Source: an uncultured Bacilli bacterium (GTDB taxonomy: Bacteria > Bacillota_I > Bacilli_A > RF39 > UBA660). From it: a stretch of DNA of 64,000 nt. Location of the stretch: NCBI GenBank assembly GCA_947629035.1, contig CANRCE010000001.1, positions 23,037 through 87,036 of the forward strand. The letters are read 5' to 3'. Below the pieces are notes generated by a model. The model had not been told where the DNA came from. It saw only the letters and a program-made list of their open reading frames with translations, and did no database searches. Below are positions 30,685 to 39,988 of the stretch, piece after piece (the first letter of the stretch is position 1; each line of letters opens with the position of its first letter). Both the position numbers and the translations under genes were made by a program.

Positions 30685-30769
30685 ACTTTCCTCCTCTTTT
30701 TATTTACACTTAAATATATGTAAATAAAAAGAAAATTATTTAAAAAAAGAAGTAGATATTTCTACTTAC

Positions 30770-30985
30770 TTATTTAGTATATGGTATAAAAGCCATAAAT
30801 CTAGCTAATTTTACTTGATTTGCAACATGTCTTTGATGTTTAGCACATGTTCCAGTAAATCTTCTTGGTAATATTTTTCCACTATCACCAATATATTTGG
30901 AAATAACTTCTACGTTCTTATAATCTACTGGTTTTCCTAAACACATATGACATACTTTTTTTCTTTTTTTACGAAATTCTGCCAT
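30770..30985 (-). CDS. rpsR: 30S ribosomal protein S18
   Basis: 71 aa. KVCHMCLGKP.DYKNVE...Y....GKILPRR.TG.CAKHQR, canonical S18. Confidence 0.95.
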   Translation of the reverse strand: MAEFRKKRKKVCHMCLGKPVDYKNVEVISKYIGDSGKILPRRFTGTCAKHQRHVANQVKLARFMAFIPYTK

Positions 30986-31000
30986 ATTCTTTCCTCCTTT

Positions 31001-31459
31001 TTAAAATGGTAAATCATTGTCACTTATTTCAATAGTTTGACCAAATGTTTCAAAAGGATCTTTTTCCATCGTAACTGTTTCTGGTGCCATTTCCTCATCC
31101 ATAATTGGAGGTTGTGGCATCATATCTATTGATCCATTAGCATTTTTAGATTCTAAGAATTGAACACTTTGAGCTATTACTTCAGTAACATAAACTTTTT
31201 TACCATCTTTATCATCATAATTTCTTGTTTGAATTCTACCATCTACTGATATTAAACTTCCTTTATGCATGTATTTAGCTAAATTTTCTGCTGTCTTATC
31301 CCATGTTACAACAGGAATAAAATCAGCTTCTCTTTGTCCTTGTTGATTAGTGAAAGTTCTATTTATAGCGACAGTAAATTGGCATACTGCTCTTCCACTA
31401 GTAGTATGTCTTAAATCAGGTTCTTTTGTTAATCTTCCTACTAAACTTACTCTATTCAT
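31001..31459 (-). CDS. ssb: Single-stranded DNA-binding protein
   Basis: 152 aa. OB-fold N-terminus MNRVSLVGRLTKEPDLR; acidic C-terminal tail ending DLPF. Confidence 0.9.
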   Translation of the reverse strand: MNRVSLVGRLTKEPDLRHTTSGRAVCQFTVAINRTFTNQQGQREADFIPVVTWDKTAENLAKYMHKGSLISVDGRIQTRNYDDKDGKKVYVTEVIAQSVQFLESKNANGSIDMMPQPPIMDEEMAPETVTMEKDPFETFGQTIEISDNDLPF

Positions 31460-31468
31460 ATCTTACTC

Positions 31469-31759
31469 CTATTCTTCGATATTTAAGACTAAATGTCTTA
31501 TAACATTTTCATTTATTCTAGCAAGACGGTCAAATTCTTTAACAGCCTTATCATCTTTTGCTTCAATGTTATAAAGGTAGTAATAACCAGATTTTTGCTT
31601 TTTAATTTCATAAGCTAACTCTCTTTGTCCTAATTCTTTAGATAATGTTATTTTAGCTTTGTTATCAGTTAAACTCTTTTCTAAAGTTTTTACTGTATTT
31701 TTTACTACAGTATCTTCAACATCAGTTCTTACTATAAACATAATTTCATATGTTTTCAT
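31469..31759 (-). CDS. rpsF: 30S ribosomal protein S6
   Basis: 96 aa. MKTYEIMFIVR...; rpsF-ssb-rpsR order conserved. Confidence 0.9.
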   Translation of the reverse strand: MKTYEIMFIVRTDVEDTVVKNTVKTLEKSLTDNKAKITLSKELGQRELAYEIKKQKSGYYYLYNIEAKDDKAVKEFDRLARINENVIRHLVLNIEE

Positions 31760-31784
31760 CTTTACACCTCCTTTTGGTCTTATG

Positions 31785-31826
31785 GCCTAATGATTTAGGC
31801 AAGGAGCTTCTCGCTCTTTTTGTATT
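31785..31826 (-). promoter_or_regulatory. rpsF 5' leader with hairpin (GCCTAA-tgat-TTAGGC) downstream of a -10 (TATAAT at about 31823-31828 on the - strand); candidate S6:S18 autoregulatory leader
   Basis: Hairpin and -10 seen directly. Structured rpsF leaders bound by the S6:S18 complex are established in many bacteria. Confidence 0.3.
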
Positions 31827-32080
31827 ATAGCAAAATTTTCTTATAAAGTAAAGATAAATTTGCAATTTATTATATTAGCTTTTAAATAAATTTATTACAA
31901 TTATAATTTTAAAAGATAGAAACAAAGTTCCTATCTTAAAGATGAAGTTTGACTAGTTATTTTTTTTTTTGCATTTACACTAAATTCATCATATTCAACT
32001 ACATGAAAAGGAATAGTGGTTTCTTTTCTAACTTTATATTGTCTAATCATCATTAATAGTGATATAATTTAAAGTGGGAA

Positions 32081-32680
32081 GTGAATTTTTTTATGAATTG
32101 TAGTAAATGTAAAAAGAAAAATATTAAAAAAGCTAATTATTGTAAATTTTGTGGTAATAAATTTAGTCAAGAAGAAAGAGAAGAAGCTTATAATAAAGGA
32201 TTTGTTGCTAAACTTAAAAAAATTAAAAAATGGTATGAATTATGTAGTTTAAAAGTAATTACAGATAATATTATATTTAAAATTATTATTCTTTTAGTTG
32301 TTATTGGTATTGGTTTTTATAATTTTTTTGCAGTTGGTAAAAGTGATAATTTAACAATTATAGATAATAATATTTACGATGTTACATATAATGAAAAATT
32401 AGATGAATATTATGTTGTAATTATAAATAATGAAAACGAAGATGCCTTAAGATTGGCTTTGGATTTATATATTCCAAGTAAAGTAGATTGTTTAAATTTA
32501 AAATATTATGATGAAAATAATAAAAATATAAGTAGTGAAGAGTTTAAAACTACTGATGAAATAATACTTACTGCTAATACGGTTTCTAATAATTATTATA
32601 TAATTAGTGATAAAAATGATAGTGAAAATAAAATAAAGGTATTTGTATATTATGATAAAAGGGTAGATGGCAATGAATAA
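32081..32680 (+). CDS. Zinc-ribbon membrane protein (N-terminal CxxC-x13-CxxC, single TM, extracytoplasmic C-domain), family member 1
   Basis: 199 aa. CSKCKKKN...CKFCGNKF, then TM IIFKIIILLVVIGIGFYNFF. Confidence 0.5.
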   Translation: MNFFMNCSKCKKKNIKKANYCKFCGNKFSQEEREEAYNKGFVAKLKKIKKWYELCSLKVITDNIIFKIIILLVVIGIGFYNFFAVGKSDNLTIIDNNIYDVTYNEKLDEYYVVIINNENEDALRLALDLYIPSKVDCLNLKYYDENNKNISSEEFKTTDEIILTANTVSNNYYIISDKNDSENKIKVFVYYDKRVDGNE

Positions 32681-33332
32681 AATTTATTGTATTTACTGTG
32701 GAAAAGAAAATAATATTAAAGATAAGAAATGTAAAAATTGTAAAAAAAATCTTAAGGCTCACGATTTTGAACTTCTTAAATTTATTGGAAAAGAGGTTAA
32801 AGATGATTCTAAAGAAAAGTTTATTGATTACATTTTTGAATTTATAAAGAATTTATTTGTAAAACATGTATATGGTATTATTTTATCTTTATCTATTGTG
32901 GTTGCTGTTGGTAGTACAGTTTTAAATTTGACTAATAATAATGAAGGATATAATGGAAAAATTACAAATGAAAAATATTCATTTAATAAAATGGATGATG
33001 AAACTATGATTTTAGGTTGCTGGCATAATAGTGGCTTTATTTATGGAGGAGAGGAAGCTAATACTTATTTTAAATTTGATAATGTACTAACTGTTGCTAC
33101 AGGTAATCGGTTTTATCATGATTATTTTTCCTTATCTTACTTTTTCTATGATGATTCTCAAAGCAAAGGTGTAAAATATCTTGGATCTGAAAATTGGGAT
33201 CAAGATGATTTTATTGGAGTTTTTAATTGGAAAGATTATGATACTTTTTATTTAGAGGCTCTTGATGATACTTATTATTTTAATAGGATTGATTGTAATG
33301 ATATGCCTAATCGGGATGAATGGTTTAGTTAA
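32667..33332 (+). CDS. Zinc-ribbon membrane protein, family member 2 (conserved N-module, variable C-domain)
   Basis: 221 aa. YCIYCGKEN...CKNCKK, TM GIILSLSIVVAVGSTVLNL. The first ~105 aa are almost identical to the next gene. Alternative start ATG 32673. Confidence 0.55.
   Translation: MAMNKIYCIYCGKENNIKDKKCKNCKKNLKAHDFELLKFIGKEVKDDSKEKFIDYIFEFIKNLFVKHVYGIILSLSIVVAVGSTVLNLTNNNEGYNGKITNEKYSFNKMDDETMILGCWHNSGFIYGGEEANTYFKFDNVLTVATGNRFYHDYFSLSYFFYDDSQSKGVKYLGSENWDQDDFIGVFNWKDYDTFYLEALDDTYYFNRIDCNDMPNRDEWFS
32679..32988 (+). repeat. Direct repeat copy A (~310 bp) spanning the 5' module of zinc-ribbon gene 2
   Basis: Near-identical to 33368-33677; only a handful of substitutions visible. Confidence 0.8.
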
Positions 33333-33361
33333 TATATAAAATTTAAGAAAAGAGGTTAGAA

Positions 33362-34024
33362 ATGAGTAAAATTTATTGTATTTATTGTGGAAAAGAAAAT
33401 AATATTAAAGATAAGAAATGTAAAAGTTGTAAAAAAAATCTTAAGGCTCACGATTTTGAACTTCTTAAATTTATTGGAAAAGAGGTTAAAGATGATTCTA
33501 AAGGAAAGTTTATTGATTACATTTTTGAATTTATAAAGACTTTATTTACAAAACATGTATATGGTGTTGTTTTATCTTTATCTGTTGTTGTTGCAGCTGG
33601 TAGTACAGTTTTAAATTTGACTAATAATAATGAAGGATATAATGAAAAAATTACAAATGAAAAATATTCATTTAATGAAGTTGAAGATAGTCTTAAATTT
33701 GTAGGATGTTGGGCTGGAACTAATGAATATGAAAAAGATACAATTTGGTATCGAAAATTTTATCTTGATGGTCGAGTTTCTTCGATAACTATAACTAATA
33801 ATAATGCTTCTGATGAAAATAATGCTTATTATAATATTGTTACAGGTTATGGTGATAATACTTATAAGCATTTACATTTTTATATGGACCCTTCTCATAA
33901 GGAAGTTGAAGTTCAAACTTTTCCCTTTACATTTGTTGATAATAATACTTTTAGATATGGTGAATTAAATTATTATGAATTTTTATATAAAAGGATAGAT
34001 TGTAAGGATTTTCCAAGTAATTAA
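33362..34024 (+). CDS. Zinc-ribbon membrane protein, family member 3 (conserved N-module, variable C-domain)
   Basis: 220 aa. The N-terminal ~105 aa are ~95% identical to member 2 at the nucleotide level (33368-33677 vs 32679-32988). The C-terminal domain is unrelated in sequence but both end in ...RIDCxDxP. Confidence 0.55.
   Translation: MSKIYCIYCGKENNIKDKKCKSCKKNLKAHDFELLKFIGKEVKDDSKGKFIDYIFEFIKTLFTKHVYGVVLSLSVVVAAGSTVLNLTNNNEGYNEKITNEKYSFNEVEDSLKFVGCWAGTNEYEKDTIWYRKFYLDGRVSSITITNNNASDENNAYYNIVTGYGDNTYKHLHFYMDPSHKEVEVQTFPFTFVDNNTFRYGELNYYEFLYKRIDCKDFPSN
33368..33677 (+). repeat. Direct repeat copy B (~310 bp) spanning the 5' module of zinc-ribbon gene 3
   Basis: Near-identical to 32679-32988. 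Confidence 0.8.
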
Positions 34025-34061
34025 AAAAAATAAAACTTTATTTGATATAGAGTTTTATTTT

Positions 34062-34853
34062 TTATAAAGATTTTTTCTTTGCTTTTTTTATTACTATATA
34101 TATAATGGTTAAGATGATACCAATAATTATGTAGGTATAACCAACAGTTTTAAATAGTGATGTATTAATGTTTAAAGCTGTTGCACTAGTATTATTTGTT
34201 ATATATGTTGATACAAGACCTATGATATTTACAAGTCCAAAGGTTAGTAGTATGCCTGATATTAACAAAGGTAGTGATATATATAATAACATTTTAGATA
34301 TACTTTTTTGAACTAAAGCTATAACTATACATATTAAGATACTGCTTATTAATAATATGTATCTTAAAGTGTTAGATTTTAAAAAATTATATATATTTAA
34401 GATAACTGTAATTTTATTATCTGTATCATTATTAATATTATTTTTTATTTCATTATAGGTTTGATTTATGTTACTATTTTGTATTTCTTCTTTTAAATTA
34501 TCAATATTTTCTTCGGTATATCCATATTCTTTTAATACATCTTTATTTTCTTCTAATATGTTATTGATATCATAAGCTATATCAATATTTTCATTATTTA
34601 TAATTGCCTCAAAATATTTGGAAATCATATTTTCAATATCTTTATTATTCTTAATTTTTTCTTTTATTTCTGATATTTTCTCTTCATTAACATTATCTAT
34701 TTTGATATTATCAATAACATTGTTTATTTCTTCTTTTACAATGCTATTGCTAAATGTTTTTATAAGCATATCATGAATGCCAATATTAATTGATAGAATC
34801 ATTAAAATTATTGTTAAGATTATACTTAAAAGTATACAAATAAATTTTTTCAT
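34062..34853 (-). CDS. Hypothetical membrane protein (N-terminal signal-anchor, coiled-coil middle, C-terminal multi-TM)
   Basis: 263 aa. N-terminus MKKFICILLSIILTIILMILSIN; central E/K/N-rich predicted coiled coil; C-terminal hydrophobic segments. Confidence 0.45.
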   Translation of the reverse strand: MKKFICILLSIILTIILMILSINIGIHDMLIKTFSNSIVKEEINNVIDNIKIDNVNEEKISEIKEKIKNNKDIENMISKYFEAIINNENIDIAYDINNILEENKDVLKEYGYTEENIDNLKEEIQNSNINQTYNEIKNNINNDTDNKITVILNIYNFLKSNTLRYILLISSILICIVIALVQKSISKMLLYISLPLLISGILLTFGLVNIIGLVSTYITNNTSATALNINTSLFKTVGYTYIIIGIILTIIYIVIKKAKKKSL

Positions 34854-34866
34854 ATTTAACTTTTTA

Positions 34867-36663
34867 TTAATTACCTTTCTTATTTATTAAATTTTTAAAT
34901 TCATCAATCATTTTATCAAAGTAATCAATTGCTTCTTCGATTACTTCTTTTTTGGTTAAATCAACTTTGGCTAATTTTAATGATTCAATTGGACTTAATT
35001 TACTTCCTGATTTTAGGAAATTCTTATAATCTTCGATGGCATTTTCTTCTTTATTTATAATTCTGTTGGCTATATAAGTTGCTGCTGATAATCCTGTGGC
35101 ATATTTATATACATAAAAATCATAATAGAAATGAGGTATTCTTAACCATTCATATCTTATTTTATCATCAATGACGACATTTTTACCAAAATATTTTTGA
35201 TTTAGTTTATAGTATTCTTCTGATAATAAATCACTTGTTAATATTTGATTATTTTCTACTAAAGAGAAGGCTTTTTCTTCAAATTCAGCAAACATTGTTT
35301 GACGATAAATTGTTGATTTATATAATGATAATAATTTATCTAATATATATAATTTTTCTTTTTTATCTTTAGAATTAACTAACATATAGTTAGCTAATAA
35401 TAATTCATTTACTGTTGAAGCTACTTCGGCAACAAAGATGGTATAATCTCCATAGATATATTCATTATTATTTCTAGCATAATAGCTGTGCATTGAATGT
35501 CCTGATTCATGGGCTAGGGTGGATATATCTGAATATTTCTTCTCATAATTAAGTAATATGTAAGGATAGGTTAGGTATGATCCTCCAGAATAAGCTCCAC
35601 TTCGCTTTCCTTTATTAGGATATACGTCTACCCATCTTTTTTCGTAACCTTCTTTTAAGATGGAAATGTAATCATCACCAAGGATAGCTAGAGCTTTTAA
35701 TACTATATCTTGTGCTTGTTCATAAGAATAATCTTTACTTTCGATATTGACTAGTGGTGTATAAATATCATATAAATGTAATTGTTTTAATCCTAGTATT
35801 TCTTTTTTCATATCATAGTATTTATAAATAATATCTAACCTAGAATTTATTGTTTTTACTAAATTGTCATATATTTCTCTAGTTACTTCATCTGGAAAGA
35901 CTAACATATCAATAATAGAATTATAATTTCTAATTTTACTTAAGGCATATAATTCATTTATATAACCATTTAAAGTGGAAGTAAAGGTGTTTTTAAAATT
36001 AGCATAACTATCATATAAAGTATTAAAAGCATTCTTTCTTACATTTCTGTTTTTTGATTCGATATAAATTGCATAATTACTATCGGTTAGTTGAACTACT
36101 TTTTTATTTTCATCTTTTATTTTACCTAATGTTAAATCTGAATCTTTTAAGACTTCATAATTTTCTGAACTTTGATTAAATACTTTACTTAAATCAGATA
36201 ATAATTGTTCTTGTTTTTCATCTAAAGTATGTGATTTATATCGATAAATTCTTTTTAAAATTGTTTCATATTTTTGTAATGGCTCATAGTCCTGATAATA
36301 TTTTTCAATTGTACTATAATCTAGAGTTAATAATTTTGGTTTTATAAAGGATATGGTTTTTTCATATTCTTCATAAAGGTTTTTGGCTTTTCCTCTTAAT
36401 TGTTGAGCTTTTGAATTTATTGTTTCTTCATCATAGTAAAGATTAGTATATACGTATAATTTTTCTAAAATCATTGAGGTTTTGGCATCTAATTCTAATA
36501 ATTCATATAGTAATTTAGCACTTTTTAAAAATGTATTTTCATAACTTTTTATTTTTGAAAATTGGTTGGTAATAAAATTATAATCTTTTTTAAATTCATC
36601 ACTATTTTTATAAATAGCTTCTAAATTCCATTTGTACTTCTTTTCTATATTGTTTCGATTCAT
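34867..36663 (-). CDS. pepF: Oligoendopeptidase F (M3B family)
   Basis: HExxH zinc site (LAHESGHSMHSYY) and M3 length. The likely start is the second Met (MNRNNIEKKYKWNLE) at 36663, directly after the ychF stop at 36674; the track ORF begins 15 codons earlier. Confidence 0.9.
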   Translation of the reverse strand: MNRNNIEKKYKWNLEAIYKNSDEFKKDYNFITNQFSKIKSYENTFLKSAKLLYELLELDAKTSMILEKLYVYTNLYYDEETINSKAQQLRGKAKNLYEEYEKTISFIKPKLLTLDYSTIEKYYQDYEPLQKYETILKRIYRYKSHTLDEKQEQLLSDLSKVFNQSSENYEVLKDSDLTLGKIKDENKKVVQLTDSNYAIYIESKNRNVRKNAFNTLYDSYANFKNTFTSTLNGYINELYALSKIRNYNSIIDMLVFPDEVTREIYDNLVKTINSRLDIIYKYYDMKKEILGLKQLHLYDIYTPLVNIESKDYSYEQAQDIVLKALAILGDDYISILKEGYEKRWVDVYPNKGKRSGAYSGGSYLTYPYILLNYEKKYSDISTLAHESGHSMHSYYARNNNEYIYGDYTIFVAEVASTVNELLLANYMLVNSKDKKEKLYILDKLLSLYKSTIYRQTMFAEFEEKAFSLVENNQILTSDLLSEEYYKLNQKYFGKNVVIDDKIRYEWLRIPHFYYDFYVYKYATGLSAATYIANRIINKEENAIEDYKNFLKSGSKLSPIESLKLAKVDLTKKEVIEEAIDYFDKMIDEFKNLINKKGN

Positions 36664-36673
36664 ATATCCTCCT

Positions 36674-37774
36674 TTATATATTAAATCTAAAATGACAAAT
36701 ATCTCCATCTTGTACTAAATAATCTTTTCCTTCAATTCTTACTTTTCCATTATCTCTTACTTTTAATTCATCTTGATATTTTACTAAATCATCATAGCTC
36801 ATAACTTCGGCTTTTATAAAACCTTTTTCAAAATCACTATGAATAATTCCAGCACATTCTTTTGCTTTCATTCCTAGTTTAAAAGTCCACGCTCTTACTT
36901 CATCAGTTCCTACGGTAAAAAAGGTGGCAAGTCCAAGTAGGGAATAAGTCTTTCTAATTAATTGATCTAATCCACTTTCTTTGATATTTAATTCTTGTAA
37001 AAATATTTCTTTTTCTTCTTCAGATAAATCTGCTAACTCACTTTCAATTTTAGCACAAATAATGACAGTTTCACTTTGTTCTTTATTGGCATAATCGACT
37101 ACTTGTTTTATATATTGGTTATTTTCATTATTTATTTCTTTTTCTTCAACGTTAGCTACATATATAATGGGTTTTATAGTAATTAAATTATAAGGTGATA
37201 ATATTTTTCTTTCTTCAGCATCAAAGGATAATCTTCGAAGAGGTATGTTTTTTTCTAGACTATCTTTTACTTTCTGCAATAATTCTATTTCTTTTAATTC
37301 TTTTTTATCTTTAGTCATCATTGCTTTTTTACCTATGCGATTAAGACGATTTTCTATTATTTCTAAATCTGATAGTATTAATTCAATGTTTATAACTTCA
37401 ATATCACGGATGGGATCAACATTGCCATCAACATGAATTATATTATTATCTTCAAAACAGCGAACTACTTCCACGATAGCATCAACGCCTCTTATGTGTG
37501 ATAGGAATTTGTTACCTAATCCTTCTCCTTTTGATGCTCCTTTGACAAGACCTGCGATATCTGTAAATTCATAAGTTGTGGGAATTGTCCTTTTGGGTTT
37601 ATACATATTTTCTAATACTTCGACTCTCTTATCTGGTACACTTACTATTCCTACATTAGGATCTATTGTCGCAAAAGGATAATTGGCTGCTAAAATATTT
37701 TTCTTCGTAATGGCATTAAATAAAGTTGACTTCCCAACATTAGGAAGTCCAACAATACCTGCAGTTAAACTCAT
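36674..37774 (-). CDS. ychF: Ribosome-binding ATPase YchF (Obg-family GTPase)
   Basis: 366 aa. G1 [20 protein letters not shown]-terminal domain. Confidence 0.95.
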   Translation of the reverse strand: MSLTAGIVGLPNVGKSTLFNAITKKNILAANYPFATIDPNVGIVSVPDKRVEVLENMYKPKRTIPTTYEFTDIAGLVKGASKGEGLGNKFLSHIRGVDAIVEVVRCFEDNNIIHVDGNVDPIRDIEVINIELILSDLEIIENRLNRIGKKAMMTKDKKELKEIELLQKVKDSLEKNIPLRRLSFDAEERKILSPYNLITIKPIIYVANVEEKEINNENNQYIKQVVDYANKEQSETVIICAKIESELADLSEEEKEIFLQELNIKESGLDQLIRKTYSLLGLATFFTVGTDEVRAWTFKLGMKAKECAGIIHSDFEKGFIKAEVMSYDDLVKYQDELKVRDNGKVRIEGKDYLVQDGDICHFRFNI

Positions 37775-37789
37775 ATTTTCATCTTCTTT

Positions 37790-39337
37790 CTATAACATTA
37801 CATTAGCATTTATACCAAGTGGAATACCAATGATATAAAAGGCTAAAATTATAAGTAACCATAAGATGCTAAAGGCAATAGTATAAGGTACCATTAAAGA
37901 TATAGCATCAGTTATAGTTATAACATCATTTTTTCTTTTATCGTATATTTGTAAAAATCCTATTAGAATAACAAAATAAACAAATAGGGGAGTTATTCCT
38001 TTAGTGGCAGAATCGGCTGCTCTAAATACGGCTTGGGTAAATTCTGGAGTTAAGGAACTTTGCATGAACATTGGAATGATTACTGGTGATAAGATTGCCC
38101 ATTTTGTTGAAGCTACAGGCACAAATATATTGCATATAAGGACTATTAAGAAAGTTACTAATACTAATAATAATCCTGTTAATTCTAAATTACTTAATAA
38201 TTCAGATAATGATGCTATTATAAAGATTCCAATATTTGTTTGTTTAAATATTAAGCAAAATTGAGCTGCAAAGAAAATTAATACTAATATTGAAGCTACA
38301 TCTTTTAAATAATAGCTCATACTGTCTACTAAATCACGATTATTTTTAATGCTTTTGGTTCTTAGGCCATAAATAAATCCTGATACAATTAAAAGTCCAC
38401 TAAAAATAGCTACTACTCCTTGACTAAAATAAGAATTTGCTCCAAATAATTGATCAACATAACTTTTATCTTTTAAATATAGAAGTAGTCCTGAAAATGG
38501 TAGTCCTGGTGTTATACAATATATTAATATAAGAATAATTACTAATGATACTAATAATGATAATACTACGCCTTTTTTCTCTTTTATGGTAAGTTCTTGT
38601 TCATTATTTGGTTCTTCGGCATCAAAAGTGTATCTTCCTAATTTTGGTATTATGTACTTTTCCGTAATAATCATTCCTAAATAAGCAATCAAAAGAGTAC
38701 TAATTATCATAAAAAATATGTTTCCTTGTAATGATACTTCATAACTCTTATCTAATATTGATGTTGCACTTTTAGTATATGAAATTAAACTTCCATCTAA
38801 ACCATTTGTAATAAGACCTGCTCCATAGCCAAAAGTAATTCCTGCAAAAGCTGCACATATTCCTGCAGAGGGATGTCGTCCTAAATTCATAAAAAGAATG
38901 GCTGCAAGTGGTATTAAAATTACATATCCTACTTCATAAAACATTGAAGATATAACACCAACTAGTACAACTAAAAAGGTTAAAGTTTTTTTGGAAACTT
39001 TAGATTTAATCATTTTAAATAGAGCATTTAAAAATCCTGACTTATAAGCAACTCCAACTCCCAATAAACCTATTATTAATGTTCCAAGTGGAGCAAAATT
39101 CAATAGGTTAGAAAGCATATTACTTATTAAGTATTGTAGTCCTGTTCTATTAAATAAATTGGTAATTGTTACTATTTGAGTTTCTAAATCACCTGTTATG
39201 GCGTTCACACTATAGTAGCTTGCTTCTAAATGAAGAATGCTACCAATACTACTTATTATCATTATAATAAGTGTCAAAATTAAAAATACTAATGCAGGAT
39301 GCAACCTTACATGTTGTTTATTTTTCTTCATCATCAA
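37790..39337 (-). CDS. AbgT-family transporter (p-aminobenzoyl-glutamate/antimetabolite transporter family)
   Basis: 515 aa. RLHPALVFLILTL..., FAPLGTLIIGLLGVGVAYKSGF, GRHPSAGICAAFAGITFGYGAGL blocks typical of AbgT/MtrF. Confidence 0.7.
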   Translation of the reverse strand: MMMKKNKQHVRLHPALVFLILTLIIMIISSIGSILHLEASYYSVNAITGDLETQIVTITNLFNRTGLQYLISNMLSNLLNFAPLGTLIIGLLGVGVAYKSGFLNALFKMIKSKVSKKTLTFLVVLVGVISSMFYEVGYVILIPLAAILFMNLGRHPSAGICAAFAGITFGYGAGLITNGLDGSLISYTKSATSILDKSYEVSLQGNIFFMIISTLLIAYLGMIITEKYIIPKLGRYTFDAEEPNNEQELTIKEKKGVVLSLLVSLVIILILIYCITPGLPFSGLLLYLKDKSYVDQLFGANSYFSQGVVAIFSGLLIVSGFIYGLRTKSIKNNRDLVDSMSYYLKDVASILVLIFFAAQFCLIFKQTNIGIFIIASLSELLSNLELTGLLLVLVTFLIVLICNIFVPVASTKWAILSPVIIPMFMQSSLTPEFTQAVFRAADSATKGITPLFVYFVILIGFLQIYDKRKNDVITITDAISLMVPYTIAFSILWLLIILAFYIIGIPLGINANVML

Positions 39338-39512
39338 CCACCTTTTTTAGCTTTTTATTAAATTCAATTCGAGGTAACATAATCGTTCTATCACAATTTA
39401 AACATTTAATTTTTATATCTGTTCCTACTCTTGTTATTTGCCATCTGTTCGTTCCACAAGGATGGTCTTTTTTCATAATTACAATGCTACCTAATTTATA
39501 ATTTTTATCCAT
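39318..39512 (-). CDS. DUF951 (YyzM-like) small protein
   Basis: 64 aa. KLGSIV.MKKDHPCG.N.W.I.R.G.DIKIKC..C.R, the DUF951 pattern. Found next to ychF in Bacilli. Confidence 0.7.
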   Translation of the reverse strand: MDKNYKLGSIVIMKKDHPCGTNRWQITRVGTDIKIKCLNCDRTIMLPRIEFNKKLKKVVDDEEK

Positions 39513-39594
39513 AATATTCCTTTCTTTAAATTAATTATATCATATTTTTTTACTTTGTAGAATATAATAAGATGAAAATTTATATTTTATTAAC

Positions 39595-39623
39595 TTGACT
39601 TTAAACATCTTAACTAATATAAT
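39595..39623 (+). promoter_or_regulatory. Consensus sigma-A promoter (TTGACT-17-TATAAT) for rnpA-yidC-jag
   Basis: TTGACT at 39595-39600, 17-nt spacer, TATAAT at 39618-39623, about 27 nt upstream of the rnpA start. Confidence 0.6.
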
Positions 39624-39649
39624 ATGTTTTATATAAGGGATGTGGATTA

Positions 39650-39988
39650 ATGAAAAAAGAGAGAATAATTAGAAAGGGTCTTGAATTTACAGATATTATA
39701 AATAATGGTAAATATGTAAGTAATGCTTTTTATTCAATTTATTATATAAACAAAAAAGAAACTCTTAATAGATTTGGTATTTCTGTTCCTAAAAAAATCG
39801 GACATGCCGTAGTAAGAAATAAAATTAAGAGACAATTAAAAAGTATTATTAATAGCGATAAAAATAGTATACAAAACGACTTTGATTATGTTATAATAGT
39901 TAGGAAAGGTTTATTAGATTTAAATTATTTTGATCGTCAACAAAATTTTTTTAAACTAATGAAAAAAATAGGTGATGCTAATGAATAA
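39650..39988 (+). CDS. rnpA: Ribonuclease P protein component
   Basis: 112 aa. RL.....F..V...G..VSN.F; GISVPKKIGHAVVRNKIKRQLK RNR-motif region. Confidence 0.85.
   Translation: MKKERIIRKGLEFTDIINNGKYVSNAFYSIYYINKKETLNRFGISVPKKIGHAVVRNKIKRQLKSIINSDKNSIQNDFDYVIIVRKGLLDLNYFDRQQNFFKLMKKIGDANE

Noticed and set aside
31840-32080. 240-bp AT-rich spacer upstream of the rpsF leader containing a T10 run and weak hairpins; considered as a small RNA or riboswitch
   Set aside because: No conserved riboswitch core recognisable and no convincing promoter-terminator pair delimiting an sRNA. Most likely divergent promoter space between rpsF and the zinc-ribbon gene.
34025-34061. Inverted repeat AAAACT...AGTTTT between zinc-ribbon gene 3 and the convergent membrane-protein gene
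   Set aside because: Probably a simple bidirectional terminator with a short stem and long loop. Not distinctive enough to list as a feature.
39641-39649. DnaA-box-like nonamer TGTGGATTA immediately before the rnpA start codon
   Set aside because: A single one-mismatch box overlapping the RBS region, far from dnaA. Most likely chance occurrence in AT-rich DNA. Noted only because rnpA is classically origin-proximal.
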